Source: Phyllosticta citribraziliensis
Taxonomy: Eukaryota
DNA: 64,000 nucleotides
NCBI RefSeq assembly: GCF_038025025.1
Contig: NW_027117350.1
Location: 248,001-312,000, forward strand
Direction of reading: 5' to 3'
The notes below the pieces were generated by a model. It made no database searches. It had not been told where the DNA came from and saw nothing but the letters and a program-made list of their open reading frames with translations. A program made the translations under genes and the position numbers. Positions 25,488-38,570 of this stretch are shown one piece after another. Position 1 is the first letter of the stretch. Every line of letters begins with the position of its first letter.

Positions 25488-27138
25488 ATGGCTCCCCACG
25501 CAGACTGCGACGTTGCCAACGGCAATGGCCGCTCGGCTTCTGCCCAGGCCGGCGAAATCTTTGCGGTGAACTCGCCCAACGTGTCCTACACCGACAACGA
25601 AATCAACACCAAGTACACCTACCGCACCACGGCAATCGAGACGGCCGAGGATGGCAAGCTTCTCGCCACGCCCAAGGAGAGTGTGTACGACTTCAAGGTC
25701 GACCGCAAGGTCCCCAAGGTCGGCATGATGCTCGTTGGATGGGGCGGCAACAACGGCACCACCGTCACGGCGGGCATCATCGCCAACAAGCGCGGTCTTG
25801 TCTGGGACACTCGCGAGGGCAAGCAAGCTGCGAACTACTACGGCTCTCTGATCATGGCCTCGACCGTCAAGATTGGCACCGACGCAAAGACCGGCAAGGA
25901 CGTCAACATTCCCTTCAACAAGCTCGTGCCCATGGTCCACCCCAACGACCTCGTGGTTGGCGGATGGGACATTAGCGGCATGAACCTCGCCGAAGCCATG
26001 GACCGGGCTTGCGTGCTCGAGCCGGCCCTCAAGCAGCTCGTCCGCAAGGAGATGACTGGCATGAAGCCGCTTCCAAGCGTCTATTACCCAGACTTTATTG
26101 CTGCCAACCAAGAGGACCGCGCCGACAATGTGCTCCCTGGCTCTGTCGCCTGCTGGGAGCACGTTGAGAAGATTCGCCAGGACATTCGCGACTTCAAGGC
26201 CGCTAATGGCCTTGACAAGGTGATTGTGCAGTGGACTGCCAACACGGAGCGCTATGCCGACATTGTGCCTGGCGTCAACGACACGGCGGACAACCTACTC
26301 GCGTCCATCAAGGCTGGCCATGCCGAGGTGTCGCCTTCGACCGTCTTCGCTGTGGCGTCGATTCTCGAAGGCACGCCGTTCATCAATGGTTCGCCTCAGA
26401 ACACTTTTGTGCCCGGTGCTCTTGAGCTCGCCGACAAGCATTCCGCTTTTATCGGCGGCGATGACTTCAAGTCGGGACAGACCAAGATGAAGTCGGCGTT
26501 GGTCGAGTTCATGATCAACGCGGGCATCAAGCTGACGTCGATTGCATCCTACAACCACCTGGGCAACAACGACGGCAAGAACCTGTCTTCGCAGAAGCAG
26601 TTCCGCAGCAAGGAAATCAGCAAGAGCAACGTCGTCGATGACATGGTGGCCGCCAACCATCTGCTGTACGAGCCCGACGAGCACCCGGACCACACGGTCG
26701 TCATCAAGTACATGCCCGCCGTCGGTGACAACAAGCGCGCCCTCGACGAGTACTACGCCCAAATTTTCATGGGCGGCCATCAGACCATTAGCATCTTCAA
26801 TGTCTGCGAGGATAGCTTGCTGGCTAGTCCCTTGATCATTGATCTGGTGCTCGTGGCGGAGATGATGACGCGCATACAGTGGAGGCGCGAGGACGAGGAT
26901 TTCAAGGGTTTCCACTCGGTGCTGAGCGTTCTGAGCTTCATGCTCAAGGTCAGTCGATTTCATCCATCATCAAAAGCTGTTTGCTAACATTCCTGCCCAG
27001 GCTCCGCTTACGCCGCCCGGCACGCCCGTCGTCAACGCGCTGGGCAAGCAGCGCAACGCCGTCTTGAACATTTTCCGCGCTTGTGTCGGCCTCGAGCCCG
27101 AAAACGACATGACGCTGGAGCACAAGCTGTTTGCTTGA
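25488..27138 (+). CDS. INO1: Myo-inositol-1-phosphate (inositol-3-phosphate) synthase; intron 26949-27000
   Basis: Conserved MIPS blocks [37 protein letters not shown] and [10 protein letters not shown]; the last exon gives [14 protein letters not shown]...LEHKLFA*. Confidence 0.98.
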
Positions 27139-27590
27139 GCTGCATCGCTATGTAAGGTAGGTAATGGCAAGGGCTGCGCGCTGAGTTCAACATGAGTGCT
27201 TGTGGTCGAGGAGGAAGCTTGCTTCAACGCAACGCGATGGATTGAATTCTGACTCCAGTCGCTCATTCAATACAAAACTTCCCGAGTCAATTTCTGGCCT
27301 GTGTTGCTGTGCGCCATGGTAAATGAGGTGCAAAACTCACTCGTCGAGGCTCGGCCCACGCTCCAACCTCACCCTCACATCGAGCATGCAGGTCTCGAGA
27401 AACTTCCCACTTTCCTCCATCCACACCCCGCTCATCCTCTTTTTTCACCCCACCACCACCCAATGCCTTCCCAATCCGCATCCATCCATCCTACTTCAGC
27501 CCCCAAAAGTCCTCTTCGCCCAGCGCGCCGCCACCACCACCCACAAGCAGCAATTCATCGAGCGCAACCCTCCCAACACCGTCCTCCTCC

Positions 27591-29502
27591 ATGCCTTCAA
27601 CGTACATCCCCGGCGATGGCTTCACCGCCAGCGAGCGCATAATCACGAAGCCCAGACCGCCAAGATACGCAACAGAGTACACGCAGCCCTTCGCCGCAGC
27701 GCCCGGCACGCGCCCCTACACCGCCGTCGCCATTGCCTCGCTCGCGCCCAGCAGCGCCGCCGTCACCTTTTCCGGACGTGTCGTCAACGTCTTCCACTAC
27801 CCCAACAACGCCAGCAGCAACGGAGGCGGCAGCAGCGGTAGTTCACCGCGCGCGGCGACGGGCTGCCTGCGCCTAATCCTGCGCGGCCTCGATGGCACCG
27901 GTCTCGTTACTGTGCGCCTCTGGTATGCTGACACTGCCTACCCGATGCGCTTGGGTACGAGAGTCGCCGTGTGGACGACGCATGTCGGCATCAGCGAGGA
28001 CGGCAAGTTGGCGCCGCCGGTGGCGCGGCTTTGCGCGAGCGTGTTCCCTGAGCGCGATCGTGGGTGCCATGTGCAGGTGATTCAAGAGGACAGCGGCGGG
28101 GAAGAGAGGCCAAGGGGTTCTGGTGAGACGTGGAGGAGGGAGGCTGTGAAGGCGGAGCTGATGACGCTGGAGAGATTTGCCCAGGGGGGCTTTGATGATG
28201 AGCGGATGGGTGAGGTGGTCAGGGTTGTGGTGTGCGTTAAGAGTGTGGGCGTGAGGAAGAAAGGTTTGCCGTTCTCCCTCCTGTCATCACCCGCTCTGGT
28301 GCCCCGAAAGAGCAAGGAACCCCAAGTCCAAGGCGAAGGAGAAGAAGAAGAGGCACAAGACAAAGACACTCCTCACCTACTCACACTCCCCACCCGCAGT
28401 AACCCGCAAGGATAACACACCCACGACCAACCTCACGGTCCACCTCTTCGACAACACAGCCACCGAAGCAACGCTGACCCTCTGGGACTACTCGACGCAC
28501 TCGGCCGCCGCCTGGTCGCCCGGCCGCACCATCCTCCTCCTCACGAACCCCGGCAACCGCTCCAACGCCGCGGCGTCCAAGCTCTGGCTCAACCTCACGT
28601 CGTCGTCGACCGTCGACGTCGACCCGCCCGTCCGCGATGCCCTGTGGCTGCGCGCCTACGCGGCGCGTATGCGCAAGAGGGGCCACATCAATCCGGCGTT
28701 CCCAATGAGCCGCTTTGCGTCGCTATTCAGCAGCGTCCCTGCAACCAACGCGGTCAACAATGCCAACAACGCCGACACCAAAGCCAATGGCAGGCGCGAA
28801 GAGCAGAAGACCATCCTCACGCCCGCAAACTGCATCCTCCACACGCTCGCATCCCTCGACGCCTTCGCGCGGCGCCACCCTTCCGTCACACTGACAGGCT
28901 ACCTCTCCGTGCTGCTGGCGCCACTCAACCTCGTCTCGCTGCACCAGCGCGGCCAGCTGCTGAGCGGGCAGTGCGCGCGGTGCGACTATCCCCTCTTCGC
29001 CAATGTGCCTAGCGTTGCGTGCCCTTCTTGCTCCTCTACCTCCTCTCCAGATGGCACCTCCGACTTGAGCGTCAACAACAACAACGGCAACAGTTATACT
29101 GGAGAACAGGGCAATGGTGATCATGATTACGGTGACAAAGTGATGGTGCCTCTTCGCCTCAACCCCCGCGCCATCGGCACCATACACGACGAAACAGGCA
29201 GCATGACATCGGGCAAGCTCATCTGGTATGAGGAAGCATGGGCGCAGCTCTTCGGCCTCTGCGCGAGGGAGTTGGCGACGCTGGATAGAGAGACGCTGCG
29301 GGCGCTGGAGGCAAGGTGTGCGTGGGTGCGGGTGAGTCTGTTTGTGGGGCTGTGTGGAGAAGAGGGGTGGGACGAAGGTGATGGTGGTGTGGACGAGGGG
29401 GAGAGGGAGCGGGGAGCGGGAAAGGGGATGGGGATGGTGGGGAAGGAGAAGGAGAAGGGAGAGGAGGTTGTCAGGTTGTATGTTTTGGGCGTCTCGTTGT
29501 AG
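27591..29502 (+). CDS. Multi-OB-fold nucleic-acid-binding protein, MEIOB/RPA70-like; intron 28264-28399
   Basis: OB-fold-like segments VTFSGRVVNV...VTVRLW and VVVCVKSVG/VHLFDNTATEATLTLW...TILLLTNP; C-terminal CARC...CPSC zinc ribbon and IHDETG motif, as in RPA70-C/MEIOB. Confidence 0.7.
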
Positions 29503-30537
29503 GAGGGAGAGGGCGGAGGGAGATGAGGCGGAGAGGGCCAGAGCTGAGGAGCGAGGATGCACACAAACCCACCGCCGAAAGAACCATCGAACCGACGACA
29601 CACGACACCCCAGCATTTGCTACATTTGCAACATTCGCCGATATACTGGAACAACTACACCCAACTTTTCAACCACGCATCAATCACTTTCCCGACTCCC
29701 AGCTCCATCGTCTCCAAATCGCTTTGCCAACGAACACCGAAGCTTCTCTACTTGCTGCCGCAATCGCATTGCACAATTGATGTTTACTAGATACTCTCTT
29801 CGTCTATAGCTAGTTAGCTTTTGTAATTGCTCTACCCATCCAACTGGCCTGTCAAGTACGTGAAGCGTGCATACAGTCTACGTGGAAAGTGAGACGAAGG
29901 TAGAAGGACAAGCATCAAGATGGAGAGGAGGAAGAACAAGAGTGGAGCATCACTTGAATAGACAAGATTACTGTAGCTTGTGTGTGCGGGTGTCAGGGGT
30001 CCTATGGGCGGGTTCAAAGGCGGGTTTTATCAACTTTCCCGAGGAATACACATCCTTCAAACACACTGATTCATCTGCATTCATTGATGTGTCCACAAAG
30101 ACAACAACGTATCTGACGGCTCGAGTACTCTCCTTCACCCAATTCCTCTCTCCAAGCGCATCGAAAGAAAGGTGACAGAAAAACAACTAGAAACGGAGAG
30201 GGGGCAAGGACTTCAACTCAACATCTGCTCCCGCCGTCACTCCCAATCGGGGAGAGTCAAGGAAGCGTGGAAAACAAAAAGTGCGCCGATCCAGTCAGAG
30301 GTATAATCCCGCAAAAGAGCCCACCGCCGTCTGTCTGTATCTCTCCGCGCAAAACGCCAAAACGGTCAAAGGTGAGGAGAGAAAGGGGTGTGGCAAAACG
30401 GTACTGTTGGTACAGGAGGGGAGAATCTGAGAGTAGTAGTGGAGAACAGAGGGACGGAGAGAATATGAGGGGGAGAGGGGACTTTTGTCAATTCAAGAAC
30501 GGCCGCAAAGCAGGAAATGAAGAGGGAGGAGAAAGGG

Positions 30538-32540
30538 TTAGTAGTGTCTTCGTATGGGGCGGGGGAAAGGCGGCGTAGTGCTTCCGGCGCCCGCGCCGCC
30601 AGGCTCGGTCAGGCCCAGTTGTAGCAAGCTCTGCTGCGAGTCTGCCATTTCGCGGATGCGCTTGATGAGATTGCTGGCGCAAAAAATACAAGTCAGCTCA
30701 CCAAGTTTCGTGGCATTTTTCAGACAAAAGGGGGGGGGGGGGAGACTCACGTCACCGGCAAGTGGCTCCTAGACTCTTCCGATTTGACCAGCTCAATCGC
30801 CTCTTTCCTCCTCGTGTCGTGCTGATCCAAGTGTTCGGCAATCAGCACCTGCGAAGGCTCGGTGCTGGCGCCGTACACTTTGTGCACGCAGCCGTCGATG
30901 GTGCAGCGCCAGATGTCACCCGGCGAGTTCGCCTCGATGGACGGCGGCGCCTCTGACTTGATGGACGGTAAGAAGCTTGCAAGTGGTGTGTTGACCCGCG
31001 AGCTGCGGTTGGTGACGGGCGTTTTCCACCGCAGCGGCAGTGATTCTTTGCTATCTTCCTGATCCGAGTCCGGAGGGGAGAGGCCTTGGGTCGTCTGTAC
31101 CCGATCCCGAGTTGTCGAGCGCTTGCGTTGGCTCACTTCCCAGTCAGCCTGAGGTTTGCGCTTGTGTGGCGAAAGGGGATCCTGATCTTCCGACTCGTCA
31201 TTGTCCTCTTCTCCGCTGCTTCTGTGGTGTGATTTGCCGCCGCTGCTGGCGCCTTTTCCGGAGTAGTTTGCACTATTCTTGGGCCGCAGGATTGAGGACC
31301 TGCCTTTTCTTGCGCGTCGGCGCACTTCTTGAATGTCTTCTTCCGAGCTTGACTCTATTCCTTGGCTGGTTGGTAGGACTGGTTGCGGGTCTGGCAACGG
31401 CTCTCTTCTCCGACAGACCTTGAGCTCTGAAGCCCTTTTCAGGGCCACCGGGGAAAGGCGAGCTGTCAACAATTCGGCATAGACCGTAGTCTCGGTCCAC
31501 GGCACGGTTGGCCTTTTTTTGTGCGCCATCATCCACACCAAGTTGGACGCATGAGCCCGTATGTAATCTGCCGCCAAACTCTCATCGTCCACTTCGTATC
31601 TCCTGGTCATGATCTTGGCGCAATTTTCGACAGTGAGGTCGTCTTGCGACAGAATTCCCTGGGCGTGGGCCTTTTGAACCATTTCCCACAGCACCTTTGT
31701 TTCCCACCAATTATTATCCTTCTTTGGCGGTCCATTGCTTTTGTTCAATGGTGCGGCGTTTATGGGAGTTGGCCGCGCAGAAGAAGTCTGCGCGGTTGAA
31801 GCATCGGTCATCTCAACATCTGGGGCAGCCTCAGCAACCTTGGGCTTGCTTGCCGGCTGTGTCTTTTGCTTTCTTTCGATGCGCTTCTTTCCCGCCTTCT
31901 TGCGCACCATGTCCGCATGGCTGTCCGGAAACTTGGCCTTGAGGTGCAAATAGATGTCCGTGTACATCCACGGCGGGCCATTATCCGCGTTGAGCATAGA
32001 TAGGAGCAAAAAGTCTCGATGCTCGTATATCGTCTCCTGGACCGCTTTCGCGCTCTGGTATTCCTTGGGCATGTCTTTCGCGACGCGCTGGAATATCGCC
32101 TTGGCGCTGCCGTCCTGTACGCCCTTTTGGTAGAGGTCCCCAATGTGGTAAAGCAAGTTGATTGCTGCAACCATGCCTTCGAAGATGCTCTCATAACTGC
32201 GCGACGGGTGCAACTTAAACCAGCCAGCATCGCCCAGTGCCCATACTGCGACCTCGCCGTCTGCGTACTGGCCATATGCAAAGCGTGTAACGTTGCGAAC
32301 TTCAATCACGGTATTGCGGGGTTGGGAGTTGCGCAGAAGGTGGGCCTGTTCCGGCGCCACGGTCTTGAGGCGGCCGACGACAGTAACTGGCGAGAGGTTG
32401 TCTGTGTGTAATAGCGTCGTTAGGCTCTTTGTCTCATCATCGCATACTTTGGCGTTTTCGAGGATAAACTCCTCCCAGTCGTTCTCGTTGGTGATGGAGG
32501 GGTGTCGCGGCCTCAGGACTTCGGACTCGTGAACGGGCAT
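30538..32540 (-). CDS. DNMT1-RFD (RFTS) domain protein with C-terminal C2H2-like finger, Raf2/DIM-7-like heterochromatin factor; intron 30674-30750
   Basis: N-terminal ESEVLRP...NENDWEEFILENAKV...VTVVGRL...FAYGQ...VWALGDAGWFKLHPS..Y..IFEGM is RFTS-like; WRCTIDGC...EHLDQH finger; LPVT/NLIKRIRE across the intron. Confidence 0.72.
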
Positions 32541-32849
32541 CTTGGTGTAAGATTGTCGTGTATCAACGCGACATTCGACATTGACATGCTGGTGTAGCGC
32601 GCGTCGCAAAGAGGAAAGGCGATGATGGAGAGCGGAGGTGAAGCGGAGATGGACCGCCTGGTGGAACTTGAACCGCGGGCGCGTCTTCCGCGGCGAGGAT
32701 CTGTGCGCGCGCCATCATTGGGTTCAGCGGCCGGTGATTGGCCGGCGCCTTTTCTCGTCCCAAAAGTCCAGCTTCTTTTCCTTGCCCTGCTGGACTTCCT
32801 CTCCATGACATCACACTACCTTGAGAGAGTGATTGCTTCGCGATTGATT

Positions 32850-34387
32850 ATGGCACGCGTCAACGCCCCCCATGTGCTCCAAGGAGTCTTTGGTATGTAA
32901 AGGCCAAAACCAGAAGATGCGCCAGAGCTAATGAACAGACTGCAGCGATCAACAAGCCGACGATTGAAAAGCCCAAAGACCCCATGGACCACATGAGCTC
33001 GCAAAAGGTGCTGGATGAGGTTAGCGCGCAATTCAACAGCTCATCCACCTTCCAACCCCTCCTCAAAGAACAGCAAAAGAGCGTTAAAGAGTGGAGGCGG
33101 GAGAACAACCGCCGACCCAAAGGCCCCAACCGCACCAAAAACGTCAAGATCGGACACGGCGGCACACTGGACCCATTAGCGACTGGCATTCTCGTCGTCG
33201 GAATAGGCAATGGCACAAAATCGTTATCGCAGTTCCTCGGTGGCTGCTCCAAGACGTACGAGGCGACAGTCCTGTTCGGCGCAACGTCCGACTCGTTCGA
33301 CGTGTGCGGCAAGATCTTGAAGCGCGGACCCTACGGCCACATCACCAAGGAGCTGATTGAAAAGACGCTGGACGTGTACCGCGGCAAGTTCACGCAAAAG
33401 CCGCCCATCTTCTCGGCCATCAAGGTCAACGGCAAGAAGATGTACGAGTACGCGCGCGAGGGCAAGGAGATTCCCGACCTGGACGAACGCCCCGTCGAGG
33501 TGTCGGAGCTGGAGCTGCTCGAATTCATGCCCGGCGGCACCCACGGCCAGAAGTACGTTTTGGAGAACGCGTCGGCGGAGCCCGAGGCCCCGGAGGAGAT
33601 GAAGGCAAACGCGGACAAGTTGGTCGAAGCGTCGCTGTCCAAAATCACGAGGGAATACCGCGCTGCGCGGAAACAGCAGAACGCGCAGGAGGAGCCGGCC
33701 GACAAGTCGACCGACGATGCTGCCGCGTCTCAGGACCTCAAGAGGAAACGCGACGGCGAGCAAGACCAAGACAGCGAGCTTCCGACCAAGAAGACACACG
33801 CCGACGACTCCGCTTCCGCAACCGCCGCCCCCGACACAACATCCGCCTCCTCCTCGCCCCTCACCGACGGCACGCAAGCCCCCGCCGCTCGCATCCGCAT
33901 CACTGCGTCCTCGGGCTTCTACGTGCGCAGCTTCATCCACGAGCTCGCCGTCGCCATGGACAGCATCGCCGTCATGACGGCGCTCAAGCGCACCAAGCAG
34001 GCGCACTTCGAGCTCGGCAAGAACGTCCTCGAGTGGGACGAACTGAAGGCCGGCGAGCAGGTCTGGGGCCCCAAGGTGCGCCAGTATCTTTGGGAGTGGA
34101 TGGATGCTGAGGAGAGCAATGGGGATGTTACGGTGAGGGAGCAGGGCGCGTCACGACCGTGGAATGGAGAGCAGAGCGAGAGGAAGCGGGCCGCGCAGGA
34201 GGAGAGGAAACCGGAGAGGGAGAGGGGAAATAGGGGTTGGGAGAAGGCGGCGTCTCCGCCGAGGAACCAGAGTCGTGAGAGAAGGTCGAAGACACCGGAA
34301 AAGAGGGGCGAGGCACCGGCAACAACGACGCAGCAGAGGAGCTCCAAGACGGAGTTGGACGATGACGACGATTGGGGTGACATGTAA
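32850..34387 (+). CDS. PUS4: tRNA pseudouridine-55 synthase (TruB family); intron ~32893-32945
   Basis: GVFA/INKP, KIGHGGTLDPLATGILVVGIG, KTYEATVLFG, QKPPIFSAIKVNGKKMYEYAREG, SSGFYVRS. Confidence 0.95.
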
Positions 34388-34930
34388 GCATGGGTGGCTG
34401 CACTTTGTTTTCTGGGGGCTTCTGGCTTCACTTCTTCATCTTCTCTCATCCCAGCCAGCGGGCTCGGACATGACAATAAAAACTCATTTCCCAGCATGCA
34501 ACCCGGGACATCATGAATGACTTGGCACGTAACACCGCTCAGTCAACCAAGCAAAGATCCAACATATCAAGCATTCATTTCGGCCGCGCGCGCACAAACG
34601 CGCAGCTGCTATGGCGCCAAGGTATTCAGCTATGCAAAGAAAGTCCAATCCAACGCTATGTATAGAGATTCCAAAGCGCGATCAAATGAGATGACCCAGA
34701 TAAGAACAGGGAGGACGCTTGATGTGCAGCGCTCCGCAAAACGCCAAATTGAATGGATGTCCGTCTAGGAGAGAACGCCAAGAGATAAAAGGCTGCCCGG
34801 AAAGATTCACAAGTGAAATGAAATGGAATAGAAGACGGGAGAGAGGTTTAAGCCGACGGGTATCAATGTGCGTGATTTGCAACCGAACCGCCAGTCTCCT
34901 TATCTTGCCTTGCAGCACCCTGCGACGCAC

Positions 34931-36399
34931 TTAGTGCGCAGAGTCGCCCGCAAGCGTCGCTGCGTCGCCGGGCAGCTCCTCTTCCTTCGATTCCTCGTGG
35001 TTGATGAAGACGAAACTACCCAGGACGACAATGGCGCCGAGCCAGTAAATCCAGTTGCTCGTCTGGCCATTGATAAAGATCTGGCCGATGAGCGAGCAAG
35101 GAATCGTCATGCTCAAGCCGACGGTCACAATCAGGGGGCTGGTCAGCAGCATGGAGTAGGCCCAGCAGAAGTCCGAGACGAGCGACGACACGCTGTTGAC
35201 GAGGACAATGGCGAGGACGCGCGCGGTCGGCGGCATGGTGAAGGGCTCGATGCCCGTCAGGTGCAGGATGACGAGGCCCGGCCACAGCAGCACGACGTTG
35301 AACAGGCCGACCAGCCCGAAGAATAGCGGCATGCTGACGCGGCTTTCGTCGCCGATGCGCTTCTTCATGAGCACGGCGTAGAAGCCGTACATGACGGCCG
35401 ACAGGAAGGCGAGGAAGTCGCCGAGCGCGATCTCAGCGCCGGATTTAGCGGGAAAGGTCCCGCGGTTGGCGTCCGAGTTGTTGGTCCCGGATATGTCGAC
35501 GGTGGAGATTAGGACTATGCCCATGAGGGAGGCTAGGACGCCGATGAGCTTGCGCACTGTGAATTGCTCGACGCCGATGAAGGCGCCGCAGAGCAGCGTC
35601 CAGATGCTGGAAGTCGAGGTGAGGATTGTGGACGAGGCGACTGTCGTATGTTCGAGGCACGCTGCGGTGAAGTAGTTTGCCTGTAAATTCGCACACGGCG
35701 TACGATTAGCGGTGCCCTTCTCTTTTCCGTCCCGAAGAGGAGCCCATGGCGATGCCAGTAGCTGCGGACCTCTTCTTCAATCACATACCGCGAACCACAG
35801 CCAGCAAAACTCGAAGCTCAAGCGCGCCGTCTCCATTAACGTCAACTTGGCATCCACCTCCTCGTTGTCCCCAGTGAGCAGCGTCCCAGAGTTGGCCATG
35901 CCCTCCTCCTCCAGCGATGACACACCGGGGGTCAGAAACCGCTCGCGCTCCTCCGCCTGCTCCTCCTCAGCGGGCGAAGTGCGCCGCAGCTTGAAGCCGC
36001 TCTTTACCACGTTCGCCAGGGCCTGAATCTTGGCCGGGTCCCGCTTCCATTGCCGCGCGAGTACCGGCACTAGCGGGATTATGAAAAATGCCGTGTTGAC
36101 GTAGGTTACAAAGTACGGCTTCGAATACGTATTGTCCGCGAAGATGGTCTGCGTGTGGTTGTTAGCAAATTTCCCAACAAGTGCAACGAGCGGTGCGGCG
36201 CATTTACGCTGGCCAAAAAGTTGGACGCTGTCCATAGCACCACAGTCACTAGCAGTAGGGCGATCCCAAGCGTGTGACGCCATGCGTGTGGCAGCATGCT
36301 GCCTCTACGGCTCCACGTTCTCTTTCCAAAGGATGTTGTTGAGAGGGCGGACGAGGAGCGCGCGGGGCCGGCGGGGCGGAATGGAATTGCGGCGTCCAT
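34931..36399 (-). CDS. EamA/DMT-family membrane transporter (THI74/YML018C-like, SLC35F); 2 introns
   Basis: RHTLGIALLLVTVVLWTASNFLAS / YSKPYFVTYVNTAFF, ETARLSFEFCWLWFA, TSPLIVTVGLSMTIP; about ten hydrophobic segments. Confidence 0.88.
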
Positions 36400-37058
36400 G
36401 GCGGATTACCAACGCTTTGTGCTCCGCAGAGGGCGACTGGTGGGAATGGGGATAAGGAACGACCGGGGTAACAGGACGGAAAATGCACGATGATAAGGAG
36501 CGATGTGGTTTGCCGACATGGGCCTTGTGTCCGCGGGGCCAGGGTTTAAGAAGAGGGCGTCTCCGAATGAACATTACCAGATGCGGATCCAGCGCATGGG
36601 GGGGGAGAAGAAGGAGTTGCGATGTTCAGCTGCGGTGGTGCAGTGGGCGAGGAGAGTCGGGTTGATCTGCCTGGTCCCGGTCCGCAGCGCAGGAGCACGA
36701 GCGGCGGCACTTTCGGCTGGGGGCTCTTCCTCGCGCCAACTCGACGCCAACGGAACCGAACCAAACCCCGTGCCACAGATCGCCGAATGCCGCCCCCGCG
36801 CGGCCATCTCGTCATGTGTAGCTGTCACGCTTGGGGGTTCACTGCTGTTGACGACGTGTTGCAGATACTATGTACAGTGCTCGACTACCTAACCGTCCAC
36901 CAGCCAAGAATGCGGCCCTCCTGCACTGCTGGGAAACCGTGAAACAAATGAAGCCTGAAAACGCCTTGGCCATGAATCTCAATCAGTCATGTAACATGTC
37001 CTTTGCTGTATTCGCGTTCTATACAAGAACCTATGCAGCTGCTTGCCAATTACCGATG

Positions 37059-38016
37059 CTAACAGGCACAGCCGTCCCGGTCGTTGTCGAGGTTGATGGG
37101 TATCGTGTCGGGGAAGTCTTGGTTGAAGTCGCTGGCCTCTTCCTGTGCAAGAGCCTGTCTTGCAATGACTGCGCCGCCGTTAGTCATGTCTTACTGGCGA
37201 CCGCTGCAGTGTGTTCACCTTCAAAAGCTTGCTCGACGTTGATGGCCTCCTTGGCGCTAGTCTCAAAATAGGGGATGCCACCCTTGGAGTTGCAGAAGGC
37301 CATGGCGCGCTTGGTTGAAATCTAGAGCCCAGTTAGTCACGCTCCAAATTTGAGCGACGATGGACCATACCATGCGCTTGCTCTCCTCGACGTCAATCTT
37401 GTTGCCAATGACGACCTGCTCCAAATCAGTACACGACCATGGCAACCAAAAACGGAGACGGCGTACAAATGGGAAGCTCTCAGGGTCCATAGGACTGGCC
37501 TGGATAAGAAACTCGTCGCGCCAGCTGTCGAGCGTATCGAAACTCTTTGCGTTGTTCACGTCGTAGACCAGCACACAGCAGTCGGCTCCGCGATAAAAGG
37601 CCACGCCGAGAGACTGGAAGCGTTCCTGGCCCGCAGTATCCCACAACTGTATCCAAAATCAGCCTTTAGTGCTCTGCGCTCGTCTTGTATATCCACACAC
37701 CTGCATGGTAACCAGGCGATCGTCAACCAGGACTTCTTTCGTCAAGAAATCGGCACCAATCGTCGCCTTGTAGCTTGCGCTGAATTTCTTGTTGACCTAT
37801 AGCGAGCGGGTCGTCAACTTCCGTTGCGGAGAGGCGGGCGCGTAGGAAACGCGGTCGGAAGCGTCAAAGGGATGCATACGTATTGGTTCATTAAGCTCGT
37901 CTTGCCGACGCCGCTGTCACCAAGGATAATAACCTGTCAAGCCTGTCAGTATGCAGGCTAGCAGGTCTGAGACTGCGGAGGCAAACCTTGAGCAGGACCT
38001 TCCTCCTTGAAGCCAT
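37059..38016 (-). CDS. YPT7: Rab7 small GTPase (multi-exon)
   Basis: [10 protein letters not shown] / [69 protein letters not shown]-terminal GCAC* prenylation motif. Confidence 0.97.
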
Positions 38017-38570
38017 GGTCGGCGAGTCGACCTGTCGGTGGTGGCTAGGTGCGTGGTATAGGGTGTCTGAGATGGGGCGACAAGATTGGAATGGCAGGCG
38101 AGAGGCGATGCGAGCGATGCGCCGGGCGATCTGCAGGCAAACGGAGGTCGAGTGTTTTGCAGGACAGAATGTGGGCGTTGTTGGTCAAGGGTTGATTGAC
38201 TGAGGTGGGCTAGCTGCAGGCGGCGGGCACGAGGGAGAGTGGACTGCGGTGGACGTCAGGTCGGTGAAGCTAAAGCTTGGCTGACGGCGCTCCGCTTTCG
38301 TTGGCCCGGCGAACGGCCACCCCAGTCGAGCCCTTTCAGGCCGTCGCTCACTCGCTGGTACCTCTCTGCGGTAGACACCATCTTCTTTGATAAGCCCTCT
38401 CGCTACTTGCTCCTTCATTTCCTTCAAAGTCGTCGCATGAACGCTCGAACTGCGCTGGAAGGACAGCCTTGGCACCCGCAGCACACAACAAAGTGACGTC
38501 AAGCACTCCCCCATCCGGATAGCTGGCAGAGGGGAAAGCCACCTCCCACGACTCGCCCTCCGCCGTTCTC

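Noticed and set aside
25347..26963. Long antisense ORFs opposite INO1 (similar ones opposite the transporter, PUS4 and eIF2B-delta)
   Set aside because: Shadow ORFs caused by strong C/G third-position bias.
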